Origin: the human T2T-CHM13v2.0 reference genome, Homo sapiens
Direction: 5' to 3' (one strand)
DNA length: 64,000 nucleotides
NCBI RefSeq assembly: GCF_009914755.1
Contig: NC_060929.1
The position numbers and the translations under genes are program-made. Shown piece by piece: positions 26,921-41,879 of the stretch (position 1 is its first letter; each line of letters starts with the position of its first letter). The notes beneath the pieces were generated by a model. That model was not told where the DNA came from. It saw only the letters and a list, made by a program, of their open reading frames with translations, and did not search any database.

Positions 26921-28410
26921 GCTATAGGAGCAGTATTGTTACTTTATTGCCTCATTCTTCTTTCCTGATTACATACAAATAATATATGTGAGTTTTTATG
27001 AGAAACTAGCCATTTAATGATACAGGGTTACCCTTCAGAAGGTCTTACTTGAAAATTTATGAAATACACACACATATATACACAGATGTTTAAGAAGCCT
27101 TGGGAGAAAAATTATATTTACATATAAAATATAAATTTATAGGGAAAATGTGCTGCTTAAAGTATACTACATCCTAAAATGTGCTATTATATACTATGCC
27201 ATGGTATATTATAATTAAAGTATATAAATCCACCCCGAATGTCATCTTTCAAGTTTTAGTTCCTAAAGTAGTTTTCTATACATGTGTGTGCACACACACA
27301 AACTTTAGCATGCCAAACAACTTATTTTTACACATTATATCAGAAAACAAATCTCGTTAGAACTTCTAAATGAATTGGAATTGATCCATCTATTCCTGTA
27401 AAAAATAGGGTAAAGTTAAGTGATTTTAACACATCCATGATTGAAAATTGTATTCTCTTAGTTTAATTGAAAAATGAGTGCTTACTCAAAAAATGAGTGT
27501 TTACTCATGTGTCATCTTGGGCTTTGGTGTATCAACATACTTGTTGGAGTTATTGAAAATTAATCTGGAGAAGTGTCTATACGAAAAGTTATAAGATAGT
27601 CTTTAAGAGATTAATAACAGAAGCACTAGACCAGGATCAATGACTACGTCTCTGACACAAATATTATTTTGGAATAATTCCAACATAAATATAATTCATA
27701 TTCTGATTTTCTATTATCTAACAATTATTTGACCATGTCACTTAAATTACCTAAAGTATTTAAACATTTTGAGCTCAGACTCCTTACCTAAAAACTAGAA
27801 TAAAGTTTTAGTCCAAATCATCGTTATAGAGATTTAAAATGTCATTTTGTATGCAAGAATAAAAACATTTGTTATTTCCTCCATCCTAACTCACATTAAC
27901 AAATTTTAAACCATTAATTAATTAGTGTATACTTTAAAATTGAGATATACATAACTTCCTCCAGTTAGATATTTTAGTATAATCACATAATTTGTGTATA
28001 TAGATGAATGTGTATATATGTATTTTTTTAAGTAATATGAGATAGTTCATTGGCTGAATACTGCAAAATCCTTTTTGTGTTATTTGCAAAAGATATTTGC
28101 AAGAAAGGTAATTGTATTTAGTTTTGCTGTTGCCTTTGCTTTTTTTAAGATTCAAATTTTTAACAAAAATATATGCTGTTAATAGCATTCTTTATATGCA
28201 CACACATCTGTGATGTTATTGGAAGTAAAGTATGTTGTCTGTTAGAGTCAGCGTTTTTTTTTACTTGAAAATTTATTTTAATTGAGGGATACGTTTTCAA
28301 AAAAAATGCTATGAATATTTTTCCTTGTTATAGTTTAGTCAGCATTTTCACATATGTATCAGATAGATTAGGAAAAAACTGGCAATACAACCTGAAGGCT
28401 GAAAGTTTAA

Positions 28411-28429
28411 ACACACACACACACACACA
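28411..28429. repeat. (CA)n microsatellite
   Basis: Directly visible. Confidence 0.9.
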
Positions 28430-28455
28430 AAAAGCCTAGAAATACAGAAGTCATA

Positions 28456-28469
28456 GTTGTCATAGCAAC
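28456..28469. promoter_or_regulatory. RFX X-box-like motif GTTGTCATAGCAAC
   Basis: 12/14 match to the palindromic RFX site GTTGCCATGGCAAC, in non-repeat sequence. Motif only; function unproven. Confidence 0.35.
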
Positions 28470-31239
28470 ATAATCTGGCTACATTCACATTATCCTTTTT
28501 CTCACCAGAAATATTTTCAAAGCTCCATAGAGTTGCTCCAACTGGAATGGGAATGTAGTCTGTGTGCATTTAATTGAGAACTTTAAGCCACTGTTAATAC
28601 AGTCCATAGTAACCAGAAGCAATACTTTATTTGAAATTTAATTCAGAGAGTATAATCATTTAGGTGGATTCCTAGTAATTTTATCGTTATGAAATAATGT
28701 ATAGTTAAGACTAGGCTTTTGCTTCTATTCAGAAGATATAGAGAGAAAGCATCCCATAGTAATATTTTAAAATCCTCCCAAGGTTTTACTAAATCTGCTT
28801 CCTGTTATTTCCCAGTGGCTTTTCACTGATGTTTATAATAAAGCTGCAGGTGCTAGATATCTTCTTGTACCACGAAATTTTGTGTGTATTATTCTATATC
28901 TTTAATCTGAATATAGGCATGATTCTTTGAATCTTTTGATTCCCCTATTTTCACTTCAAGATACATCATAAAATGAATAATATGTTTAAATGAATCCCAT
29001 AGTCTGATCCCTACCTGATGTTTTGCAAGAAAATAAATAATAATAACAAAAAAACTTCTACTTTGGAGAACATCAATATGAAGCTCAAAATAATATATTT
29101 AGTTTCATTTCAGAAACACTTTTTTTAGCTTTCTTTACTGATTTAACTGATTAAAAGTATTAGTGTAATTAATCACCAAACGAGCACGTATTTGCGTAAT
29201 AAAAATTATAACGTGAGAAAAATAGTTAATAAGACTTAGCTGAAAGAAATAGAAATAGAAATTACTAACAAAAAATATAATATAAATGAGAGTGAGCTTC
29301 AGTGACTTAAAAGGAGCTGCATCTCTACCTTAAAAAACATCTAAGACAGAATCGACAAACTTATGACATTTTAAGCCTAAGTATTTAACAAATATGATGT
29401 GAAATGGTCAAAATGTAATAACTGTTCAAAATATTAAATTTGCCTAGAACTTTTGGTGGGAAACAGACATATTCTTTGTATATTTTAATGAAAATTATTG
29501 ATCGAATAGTGCAGAATACATGGATTCATTTAGCAATTCATAATTATACAAATGTCAAGCAACAATGTAATTTTCTCTCTCCATATTCAGTGTAAAGTTA
29601 TTGGAAAGCCTTTGTCCAGTTCTTCATAAAATGAGACACTTTTGAGAGTGGGGTAAGGGGTGTAAATTTCGTTAGTTATGATTATCTGGGAAGAAGTGGC
29701 ACAGTTCCTGGAGGGTCTGAAAATTGTACAGCAAGGACATGGTACATTGGGTGAGGCCAAGTGAGAGCCCAGTCAGAGTTGATAATATAAAACCTTGAGT
29801 AGCTGGAAACTGTTTAGAGCTGGAGAATGCTACAGAGGGGCCACAGCAAGGATCTTGTCCAAGGTTATTAGCAGAATCTATCTCCATGACTCTCAGGGCT
29901 GTCTCGTGGAGCAGACGTTACATTATAAAAATCATTTAGGAATCATAAAGTCTATGGTAATGGTCTAATTTTACTAATATTTGCTTTGCTCTAGTTTTGA
30001 TCCATTGTTGTTTCCTGTGGTCAGAGACACATGCTTTAGGAAATTTCAGGGAAAAGGTATTATCTTAAACCTAGAGTGCAGCCAAATTGACAATGTCTGC
30101 TTTGTCCATAAGCAAGATGACCATTTCTCAGATTTGACTCTACTACGTTGATATTGTTACATGTAAATAACTGACCCAATGGTGACGAAGAGCAAGCTAG
30201 TTACCTTGTATATAGGAGAAAATTCAGTATTGTGATAGACATTAGTTCATGTGTTAAGCTTTGTAGGGGATTTGGAGATTGGTAATCCTTCAAATTATGA
30301 AAAATATACAAAAATACCTAACTTCAAGGGGACATGTTTAAAAATGTCATAATTCATATAAAAACAATATATTTCTTTTACCACAAATATGCTAAAATAT
30401 TGGGAAAAAATAAATATTGCAATAAAACCATGAAATTACACAATCATAGGGACTTATATTAATATGTTAATTACTTCAAAGGCACACAGGAAAAGAAATA
30501 AGCTACCAATTGACATTAGACTTCTGCCAGAGCTTTGTGTGTTTGATTTTAATACAATAATAGCATCACCTCTTCCTGGTTCTAATTTATTTTCTCAACT
30601 CTACAAGAATAATAATAACATTTCATATTAAACAACTGACATATTTAATGAATTTTGGTAAAGCTCTGTACCAATTTATAAACTAATTTTGGTGTGCCCT
30701 TTTTATGTTTAACATGAAAAACTATACATTAATTTCATTATTCCATATATGTCTTTTAAAATAAAGAAAATCACGATTAAAACTAAAGCTCAAATGTCAC
30801 TAAAGAAAGAAAATTCAAGGTAGTTATCATGTTAATTTGGTTTCAATGAGAATTTTCATGTGTAATTGTATTTTTAAATCACTTTCATAAAAGACATACA
30901 TTCAATGTGTAAAAAGGAAAGAAATCATGAAAATGAATGTATTAGGGCCTATCTAATTTTGTATATAGTGAAATAAACATATATACAACATTTTTGAATT
31001 TAAAAATTTTACTTTTTTTTACTTACATTAAAGAAAAAACTCTGACACTCACAATACTACGTAAAATATATGTCAATGAATGTTGTCCACTTTTCTCCCC
31101 CTCTGGACAAATGTTACATTTAAGAACCTATTTTATCATCTTATAAGTAAATATTTTAGGAGAAGACTAAAATATTCCCAGTATTTCTAAACAGTGAAAA
31201 CAGAAACAAAATAAGCACAAGATTTCTGTACGGTAGTCT

Positions 31240-31450
31240 GCCTTATTGTTGTTTTGTAAGAACACTTAACATAAGACCTATCGTCTTACAAAATTTTAAG
31301 TATAAACCTGCAGTATCATTGGCTATAGGTACTATGCTGTAGAACAAATCTCCGGAAGTTATTTATTATGCATAACTGAAACTTTGTACCATTTAACCAT
31401 CACCCCTCCATTTCCCCCCAGCCCCTGGCAACCCACATCCTTCTTTCAGC
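31240..31450 (-). mobile_element. L1MA/MB-type 3' UTR fragment
   Basis: gtaagaacacttaacataagaccta...ctataggtactatgctgta...gcataactgaaactttgtacc...cccagcccctggcaacc. Confidence 0.85.
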
Positions 31451-31479
31451 TGCTTTTCAACCCTCTGTTATGAAGTATT

Positions 31480-31700
31480 TAACATTAGTGTGAACTAGTA
31501 CAATGGAGTCATGTACCCTTAGAATCTAAACCTGATTCCAACACTTACTTGCTTTGTGACCTTAAGTAATTTCCTTAAACCATTAGCTTCCAGGTATATA
31601 AAATGGGGTACATTATGTTACTATACCTTGCTTGATGTAAGGCAGAATAAATGACATTAAATTAAACCTCTTGCTCCAGGACTAATGTATTACAAGATGT
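31480..31700 (+). mobile_element. MIR SINE
   Basis: ccaacacttacttgctttgtgaccttaagtaatttccttaaac...tataaaatgggg. Confidence 0.7.
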
Positions 31701-33104
31701 CAAATTCAAATGAAACTTGTGATTTCTAAATTAGAATGTTACATAATTTGATTTGGGGCAAACAGGAATAAGTTCTTACATAATTGAATTTAATATTATT
31801 TTCAGTTTCTTGTAAGAGAAAAAGTTTCCTTGTTGGTATGAACACTCCTTACATTGCAGTGTAGTCTTACGTATTTGGAAATTGAACACTGTATTTAACA
31901 GGAAAAGAAGCTCCTGATTCCTTAGTTTTATACCATTTACTTTACATAACGTGGATCTTACTAGCTCTCTTTATAGGGGATTTTCTTTGCTTGAATTACT
32001 TTACTAATTTGTTCAGCATTAACCACTTTTCCTACATGATCGAGAAATTGTTCTTTTGTAGACACATGATCATGTATTTATGCTAAACATATCTTCTCCA
32101 GTTATAGATTCATTAGGTAAAAAAAAAAAAGTTCAACTCTAATTGTCTTAGGGTGAGTTAAAAGGCTACTGCTTATGATTCCCACTATATCTACGGTAAT
32201 GATTGTTAAAAGTCACTTTTAAATATTTGATGTTTAAAATGTGTGTTTCAAGACAACTTATTAGCATCTTCATTGTAAATATAAAATAAATTATTATGAG
32301 TATTTTTAGGACTGATATATTTACAACTTATTCTAAATGAGGAAAAGACATAAAAAAACAGAATCATGTACATTTTGGAATCTGTTATTGATTCCTTCCA
32401 TAGATGTTTTAAAACTTAATCTCCCTGAACTTGTGTTGGGGAAAGGCTTAAATGAACAATTTTGTGATTCCAAGAATACTTGTATACTACCATTCCATGA
32501 GCTAAGATTACCTATAGAACTGAATAAAAACTTAAATGATAAACTTGCAAATTCTTGTGAGAAAGGCAATATGTCTTGAAAAGTAATGCATTAAATGAAC
32601 ATTGAGATATTGTTAAACATCCCTATTAACAAAAACAAAATATAAGAATAGTATTTTTTAGAAACAATAGGGGATTTCAAGTGCCTTCTCTATTCTGATT
32701 TGAAAATATCGCACAGTGTGACACCAAAGTAGAAGAGAATTTAGAAAATGATTCACACTGATATCTAGTGTAACTCAGGAGATATTTATTACAAAAGGTT
32801 ATTTCTGAAAATTAACCATTGTTTTGCTTGGACTGAATCATCCTCTCTAAAGGTAAGTCTACTTGAAGGAAAATTTTTAGATGACTTTCAATGAAGAGGA
32901 GCAGTTTTCATGAAACATACCCACAAAATCAGGTCCAGGGATTGTCTTTGAGAAAATCTTCTGTTTGAAAATCTGTGATGAACATTGTAGATTCTTTGCT
33001 TTTACATTTATTAGTTTTAACATGCATGTTTCTAGAGATTTGAGGTTAAGTTTTAATGAAACAAGTATGCTATTTCCCATATTTGCTATTTTTATTATTA
33101 GCAT

Positions 33105-33520
33105 TATATCCGTTAGGATGCTTTTGGTAGGAAACCTCAGAATATTTCAAACCAAACTGGTTTAAATGGTAAGTTTTGTTGTTGTTGTTGTTGTTTTTAA
33201 TTCTGAAGTATGTCTAGAGGTAGGGTGGGCTCCAAGATTGGAGGTTGCCTTTCAGCCTCCATCATCTCATGCAAAATGTGAAAAGTCTTTGCTTTTTAAG
33301 TTAGCCTCCCTCAGTATTGTAAGATGGATCCAGCAGATGGAAGAGTAATATTCACATCTGTATGTGTCTCCTTAGGAGCAATGACAATTTTCTAAAAGCT
33401 CTCTCAGCATTCTTCCTTCTGTACTACATGGTCAAGCATTGGATCAGAAACTCAGTGATACACTAATCTCTAACAAGTGCAAGGGTTTACCACCATTTGG
33501 GTTGGAATAGATACTGTGGA
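33105..33520 (-). mobile_element. Old MLT1 (J/K/L-type) LTR
   Basis: gttaggatgcttttggtaggaaac...caaactggtttaaa...aagatggatccagcag...catggtcaagcattggatca. Highly diverged. Confidence 0.55.
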
Positions 33521-33556
33521 TTGAATCATAAAGACCTCCATACAGAGAATTTCTTA

Positions 33557-33953
<397 letters not shown>

Positions 33954-34511
33954 ACCTTCCAAGAAGAAAAACAAGAACAAGGGGTTTATTGTCACTGCAA
34001 TCAAGATCCTGAGGACCAGAGGAGTCTGAGTATGAGCTGCCCTCTGTCTTAAGGAACAAGAAAACCAAGGGAGAATAGCAATAAGACAAAAAAGCGAAAT
34101 AAGACCACATGGCTTGCTCTAAAAAGAAAGCTGGTGAAGAATCAGACTGGACCTAATCTTTAGAAAGCCTGTGGAAATACCTTCAAAAAATAGTAGACGA
34201 AAAATGGGTTACTCTGCTATTTATCTGCCTAGGATAGCCAAATCAGACAATCTACAAAACTTTCTCCACCAGGAGGTCTCCATTTTCTACCTTTGACATT
34301 CAGAATCAACTAATCATAATATGCTGCCTGAATTAATTAACAGACATATATCAATAAATATCAATACATATATTTAGGATCTATTGCACAATTGAACAAG
34401 TACATTTATATATTATATATATTATATTATTTTACTATGTTATATATTAATTTCAAATAGATATAAACACATATATATATTCATATACACAGGTATATTT
34501 GCATTCCACTA

Positions 34512-35068
34512 TGTGGTGGTTAATTTTATGTGTCAACTTGACTGGGCCACAGGGTGCCTAGATAGTTGGTCAAACATTAATCCATGTATTTCCGTGAAAG
34601 TGTTTTGGATGAGATTAACATTTAAATGGAAAGACTGGGTGAGCAGATTGTCATTTCTAATGTGGTTAGGCCTCATTCAATCAGTTGAAAGCCTGAATAG
34701 AACCAAAAGGCTAACCCTCCCTCAAAGCAAGAGACATTTCCTCCTGCTCAACTGTATCAAACCAAAATATTAGCTCTTTCCAGTACTTCAGCTTGTCAGT
34801 CTTCAGACTGAAACTTACGTGAGTTCTCCTGGTTCTGAGGCCTTCAGACTCAGAGGAACTCTGAGTTCCTCAACTCTCCTGGTCTCCAGCTCTCCAGCTT
34901 GCTCACTCATACTGCAAATCTTGGGACTTCTCAGCATCCATAATAGCATGGAGATTATATATATATATATATACATATATATGTATATATATGTATATGT
35001 ATATATATGTATATGTATATATGCACATCTTATTGGATTCATTTCTCTGGAGAACTCTGATGAATGCA
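34512..35068 (+). mobile_element. MLT2 (ERVL) solo LTR with internal (TA)n
   Basis: Starts tgtggtggttaattttatgtgtcaacttgactgg and ends ctctggagaactctgatgaatgca. Flanks cacta/tgcta fit a CpG-decayed CGCTA TSD. (TA)n-rich tract at about 34956-35022. Confidence 0.9.
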
Positions 35069-35848
35069 TGCTATTAAGCATAAAATCTTAGGGGAGAATG
35101 CTCCTGGCTGGGGGAAGCAGTATTGACACTATAAATTGGAAGAAAAATGATGACATGGAAATGGTCAAATGTGTTTATCTTCTGTGAGAGACAAAAAGCT
35201 ATTCCTTTCAGGATGTAGTCATCCAGATTTTTAGCATTCTCATTTGTAAGACTGTCTGTACAGGTGAATATTTTTGGAAGACAAATTACTAAAGGTCATT
35301 ATACATGAAATGTTTTACTGATCATTTTACTTATAGTTCCCAGGAGTTACATATGTTAAAATATTAACTTTTATGACTTATATATTAAATGCGTATTAAC
35401 TTATTAAAGACAGAAAGACATTTTTAAAAATCTTTGTTTGGCATAGCAATTTTTTTCTCTACTTCATGAAAAATATGTAACATTCCTGTTAAAACTGTCG
35501 AAGTCTTCAATGGCTGACATTATTTAGCATTAACTACAGTTAAGTTCTTACTTATCAGTCTCTGGCTACCTAAAGGTTTTTTTTTTAATGTGATATGTCA
35601 CATTCAGTAGTTTATTAAGTCAGGTTTCTACTGTTGGGCATTTTGTTGTTTGAAATACATTTATAATCCTTCCTTAGAAATAGAATTTATGGTTCAAAGA
35701 GTATACATATTTTTAAATATTTTTAATGTAAAACAACAAGTTGCCATTCCAGAACATGTAACACCTCCTAACACAGGCATTATAGAACAGGGTCTCTATG
35801 ATCAAACCCAAGACAAGCTTCTTATTAACATTTTAAAACTCCAGTATA

Positions 35849-36188
<340 letters not shown>

Positions 36189-36499
36189 TTAATTCATCTC
36201 ATTGATAATGAAAAGTTTATATTTTACATTATTTATTTTACAAATAAGTCATTTTTCCTTATTTACATTTAGAGCTTTTTTATAATAAAATAAATGAGGT
36301 TATTGTATCACTTTAAAAGGTATGTGTCTCCCAACAATTTTATAGATAGCAACTGTAGATTTTTGTTGTTTGTTTAAATCTTCAACAATCATCTATCTCT
36401 CTACACATCATGAGGTAAGCATTTAACTTTTGCTTTTTTCAAATAATCTGGTAATCAATTAAAAAAATTGTTAATGTGGTGATATTTTACCAAGAATTG

Positions 36500-36700
36500 A
36501 ACTGTTCTCTTTATCATGATAGAGTGCCCTTACCAGTTGTGTGACTCTGGGAAGGCTCTGAGACTTTTGGTTTCTGCAACTTCGTCTGTAAATGGGAATA
36601 ATAATAGTAAATTCCTAACAGGGTGGGTAGGAGAGTTAGTTAATATATCTATGTAGAAAACTTAAAAAGAACCTGACATATAATTAACACTCAATAATTA
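36500..36700 (+). mobile_element. MIR SINE
   Basis: cttaccagttgtgtgactctggg...cttcgtctgtaaatgggaataataatagta...cctgacatata...cactcaataa. Confidence 0.75.
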
Positions 36701-37074
36701 ACTCGGCTAGCTAAATATATTTATATATTATAAATATTAAATATTTATAATTGTCAGATCTGCTGGAATTATTGACTTTTCATTGGCCTATCTATAGTTA
36801 TACCGCAATGAAACATTCTTGTTTATGAAATGTTCCCTAAATCATAAAGTCAGGAAAATCACGTCATTCTTCAAATACTACCCATTGCTCTTCTATAGAT
36901 TAAAATTAGTATCATGGTACTAAGTTTTCAATCAAAGAGTTAGGCAAATAAACTAACAAATAAGCATTCCATTGAGATTTTTTTTTAATTAAATTGCATT
37001 AAAGATCACCTTGGGAAGATTTGCCATGTTTTCAAATCTAAATCTTTTACTTAGGAACATTGAAGTTATATAAT

Positions 37075-37640
37075 CTAAAGATAGCAATACCATTTGACCC
37101 AGCAATCCTGTTACTGGGTATATACACAGAGGAATATAAATCATTCTATTTTGAAGACACATGCATGTGTATGTTCATTGCAACGCTATTCACAATAGCA
37201 AAGTCACTAAGTCAACCTAAAAGCCCATCAATAATAGACTGGATAAAGAAAATGTGGCACATATACACTATAGAATACCATGCAGCCATAAAAAAGAATG
37301 AGATCACATCCTTTGCGGAGACATGAATGGAGCTGGAGGCCATTATCCTTAGCAAACTAACAGAGGAACACAAAATAAAATACCACATGCTCTCACAATT
37401 GGGAGCTAAATGATGAGAACACATGGACACACAGAGCGGAACGTATCCACTGGGGCCTTTTGGAGAGTGGAGGGTGGGAGGAAGGAGAGATTCAGGAAAA
37501 ATAACTAATGGGTACGAGGCTTAATACCTGGGTGATAAATTAATCTGTACAGCAAACCACCATGACACATGTTTATCTATGTAAAAGGCCTGCACGTGTA
37601 CCCCAGAAGTGAAAATAAACATTAAAAAATAAAATAAAAT
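37075..37640 (+). mobile_element. L1PA (PA13-16-like) 3' end, 5'-truncated
   Basis: ataccatttgacccagcaatcc ORF2 C-terminus (ORF 37060-37326: IPFDPAILLLGIY...WIKKMWHIYT); 3' UTR caggaaaaataactaatgggtac; A-rich tail. Confidence 0.92.
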
Positions 37641-39042
37641 ATAATGCAGTGGTTATTTGTCATTCTACAACTAACCTGTATTCTTATAATGACAGAGCAA
37701 TTTAAAAGGTCAAAAATATTTACCCTATGTGAGATATAATAATAGGTCCATGTATGAAATATAATAATTGGTTCATCTGTCAATTGAAAAAAATATTTTA
37801 ATATTTGGTAATTAATTTCTCCAAAGTATTATTAGTATGGGCATAGCAAGAAGACAATTGGTATATATAGAAGTTGTATCTCTGCTGAGTACCACCTAAA
37901 GTAGGCATTTAATTGAAACACAGGCTGGCACTTTACACATCATCCTTTGTTAATTGGTCTTTGGAGGCTGTTTGGAGGTTTCCAATTATCAATCCCCCAA
38001 ATCCCACAACAATAACAACAATTTTAAAAAAAGAAGGTCACCTTCTCACCTTCTCTTTCTACTAATGAGTAGTGCCAAAAAGTGACAGAAGGAAGAGCAA
38101 ATATCACTGTTTTATTATGTTTCTATCTGGTTTATCAGAGATCTGTTTAAAAAGCTGTAAATATGGACATGGTATAAACTTAGCCAAAGTAGGGTCTTTA
38201 TTGTGATTGTTTGTGTTTGGAAAATGAAAATCAACACCAAGAAAGAGTTAGACATTACAGGCATGCATGCAAACATATGTATTTCTAACAGTACGTTTAG
38301 GATAAATGCAATATATTTAAAACCACATGTAAATGATTTTGAAATATAACAGCCATAAGTATTACATTTGACCATTCTTAATTTTCAGTATTTGTCACTG
38401 CAATGTATTAAATTATTTTTATTGTACATCTGTAAAGCCAGCACAGTAACATATTAAATCAGCTTGCAAAATGCATTTGGAAAATTCCATGGTAAGCTTA
38501 AAGAAGAATATTTAGCTTCAGATGTTTACATCAGAATTTTTACACCTCAAACTATGACTGGAAAAGACAAAAGTATATAATCATTATGTGGTAGACACAG
38601 ATAGTAGCAGCTTCCTAAACACAGCTGTACACAGTGTCATTGTTAGAAACTTAATCCAAGATAAAAACTTTAAAAATTGAGAATGGTAAAAGTATAATGA
38701 GGCATTAGGCAACTTGAATTTCTCCTCTGTCTTCCAACATCTACTTTCATTTTGATGTCCTAGTTCATTTCCTCAGTGCTTCTAGATCTTGAAAGTGATG
38801 TGTACTTTAATAAATTGAATATGGGTAAAAATTAGTTACAACTAGAAATGTCATGCCATGTAAATAATTTTTATATAAGAAAAATGGTTAAACACTTATT
38901 ATATGTTTATTTTACAGAAAGGCTTACCTATAATCAATAACATGTGATTTTTAAAATGATGGTAATATTCAAACAAAGAAAATGTCCAAATGAATTAATA
39001 TTGTACTCATTTGGTATGTTTCCCCATTTATAAACAGTAAAA

Positions 39043-39345
39043 GACCAGGTGTAGTGGCTCACACCTGTAATCTGAGCAGTTTAGGAGGCCAACATGGGCA
39101 GATTGCTTCAGTTAAGGAATTCAAGAACAGCCTGGGCAACAAAGTGAGACCCTGTCTGTACAAAAAAAAAAAAAAACTACAAAAATTGGCTGGGTATGGT
39201 TCTGTGTGCCTGTAGTCCAAGTTACTCATCTGGGAGGTGGAGGTTGCAGTGCAGTGAGCCTAGATTGCGCTACTACCCTCCAACCTGGTAACAGAGTGAG
39301 ACGCTGCCAAAAAAAAAAAAAAAAAAGAGAAGAAAAGAAAAAAAA
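39043..39345 (+). mobile_element. AluJ-like, with deletion in the right arm
   Basis: gcagattgcttcag...cagcctgggcaacaaagtgagaccctgtc. The ggaggctgaggcaggagaatcgcttgaacc block is missing. Confidence 0.9.
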
Positions 39346-41879
39346 GTAGTAAATAATGAAACAATTAACTTATAGCTAAAGTTGCATTTGAGTTCTTGTT
39401 GCTTATGATTTCTTCAATAAAAGCATTAAAAATATGTGATTCTTAAGAATGATTTACGATTCCTAGTGTTTTAAACTTGGCCCTTGCAGCAAAATAGAAT
39501 TAAAAATTTCTTATGAATCTGAGTATTTTATTTTTCAAAATGTATTCAGGAATAAATGGATAGATAGCTATAGGAATAGGGTGTGCTTGCACTTTTCAAA
39601 TTCTTATATTCTGGTAATTCAAGAAATGCTATTTGTCTCCATCTAAATAAATTTGAGTAGAGAAGAATTGGTTCCCATAAAGAGCACACATTCACTATAA
39701 TCACTGAAAGCAAAACTGATAAAATGCCAAAGTGAAGATGTTTGCCACTGAGATGGCTTTGGAAAAATAAAATGTTTAAAACTTTTTCAAGAGAATAAAC
39801 TATTTGAAAGGTATATTTAAATAAAATATGTGTAAATTGAAACAAGACAAAAATAAGTATTTTTTAAATGGAACAGCTGAGCTGATAAGCATAAATTCTA
39901 TTTTCTGTATACAACTGAATAAATTGACTTTTAGTGTCACACTGTTTTAAGTGAAATATAGGAGCTGGTGCTGAAACACTTTAATATTGGAAGTGGTTAC
40001 ATATAAAAGAACTTGATGGAATACACAAGACATAAATGAATAGACTGGATGTAGCAAAGTGCTCCCAAAATATAGATAATACTGGCAGCACAGAAAATGA
40101 AGACTCAAGTAAAATATTTGTGAGACATGAGTGAATAAGGAAAAAAAAAAGATAAAGATAAAAGCAGGGTCTCAAAACATTGACCTGCTCAGTATAGAAT
40201 ACTGTGTGAATGAGAATAAAGATGTATTTTGTTTTCTTCTGGGCCCTGTTTCCAGAAGCTTAATGAAAGACTTAGGCTATCTTTTATAATTCAAAGGAAG
40301 AAAAGCACACTTTTAAGATCTAAAGAAACCTCTGTGTATAGAGTACACCAAGGACTCAATTTCAAGTATCATATCCACAGAAATGAAATCTTAAGATAAA
40401 TATTAGTAGAGACTGTAGCGATTGTAATGATGTGACGACATTTCCATATTAAGTTTATTATGGTAAATGCCACTCACCAAATCTCTTCTTTAGAAATGCT
40501 GTTTCATTACATTTTAGTGAGAACATAAACAAAAACAAGCTTTCTCAATGTTTTAGCGTAGGGGCTGTTTGACTTCAGTTCATCAGTTATTGACTGCCTT
40601 CATGCCAGGCTATTTTTGCTGGAGTCACAATACCTGTCCTTGAAACTCACTGGGCTGGGAGACAAAGAAGTATAGTACAAAAGGCCTATGATAGAGACAT
40701 CATTGATGTGGGAAGGTGAGGAGAGGTGTCGACTTAGGTTTTAAACACAATGCTCTCAATGCTTTTAGGACAACTTCAAGGAGGGGCTAATTGTGCAATA
40801 TTTGGCCCTGGTGGGCGTGTTGGAGCTGACAACTGACTGATGCATTGGCATATGAGTTGTAACGTGCAAGCAGAAGTTGAAAGTATGATCAGCAGCAACA
40901 GCATGAGCACAGCACAGAGGCCTGAGGGCCTGGCCCTGAAGCAAACAGGTTCAAAGAGAGACCTGTCTGAAGCGCAGGTGAGAAATGAGTCTGAAAGGGA
41001 CATATGGTCCCAAGGTTAGAAAGCCTATTGTCTTGAACTACTTTGATTCATAGAATGCTTTACTAAGGTGGGGCAACATTTTATGTTTTGATGAAGTATA
41101 AAATAACATAATTGAAACACTGATGTTTCCTCAAATTCTCTTTAGTTTCAAGTGAATGATTTTCATGGACTTGCAGATTTAAATGCTACAAGAACGGGAT
41201 CATAAAACCAAAGAAGAAATGTTATAGGTTTCCTACATAGAGACAAAATAACTTATATATTTCTAAAAGTAAAATCAAATTGGTATTACTAGCATGAGTA
41301 GAATACATGTAGTACCCCAGGGACTCCAAATAGGGAAGGCAATGGTATTCAAATATCTACTACGTATGTCACTATTTTTTCTATGAACACAGAGTGATTG
41401 CTTCATTCTGTGTTCAGAGAAGGCAAAATTGATTTCTGATAGAATTTGAAAATGGACAGTTAGAAGTGGTCCTGTTCCCCTTGCAGATGTTCAAAACTGC
41501 AGACTTCCCTCCTACAACCTGCATGCGTCCTACTGTAAATAGGCAGTACATTCTCATTATATTTGATACATTACGTTTTCGTATGTTAGCATTATTTTTG
41601 AGTTGCATAGACACACACAAAATCACTTAGGCACACATGCAATTTTTCAATTCATATAGCTATCAACTTCTTCCACCTTCATTTACCACCTATTCCTTAA
41701 CCGTTTAGTCTTGGACATATGGCTCTGGTAAGACATCATTCCTAATCTAGTGCACTCAATTTTCCTGTGCAGAAAAACACATATTATACTAAAGTTACAT
41801 AGGAAAATCTTATAGTAGATATATTTGATTTATGTTGAGGAAGTAAAATGGAAGAGGCATGGATTTTTTTCTTTCCCTG

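Noticed and set aside
32845-32858. Perfect splice donor AAG|GTAAGT
   Set aside because: No convincing upstream acceptor or frame; isolated donors are expected by chance in 64 kb of AT-rich DNA.
36715-36752. AT-only palindrome (and similar TA tracts near 34410 and 43025)
   Set aside because: Low-complexity sequence, far too short to be a palindromic AT-rich repeat of consequence.
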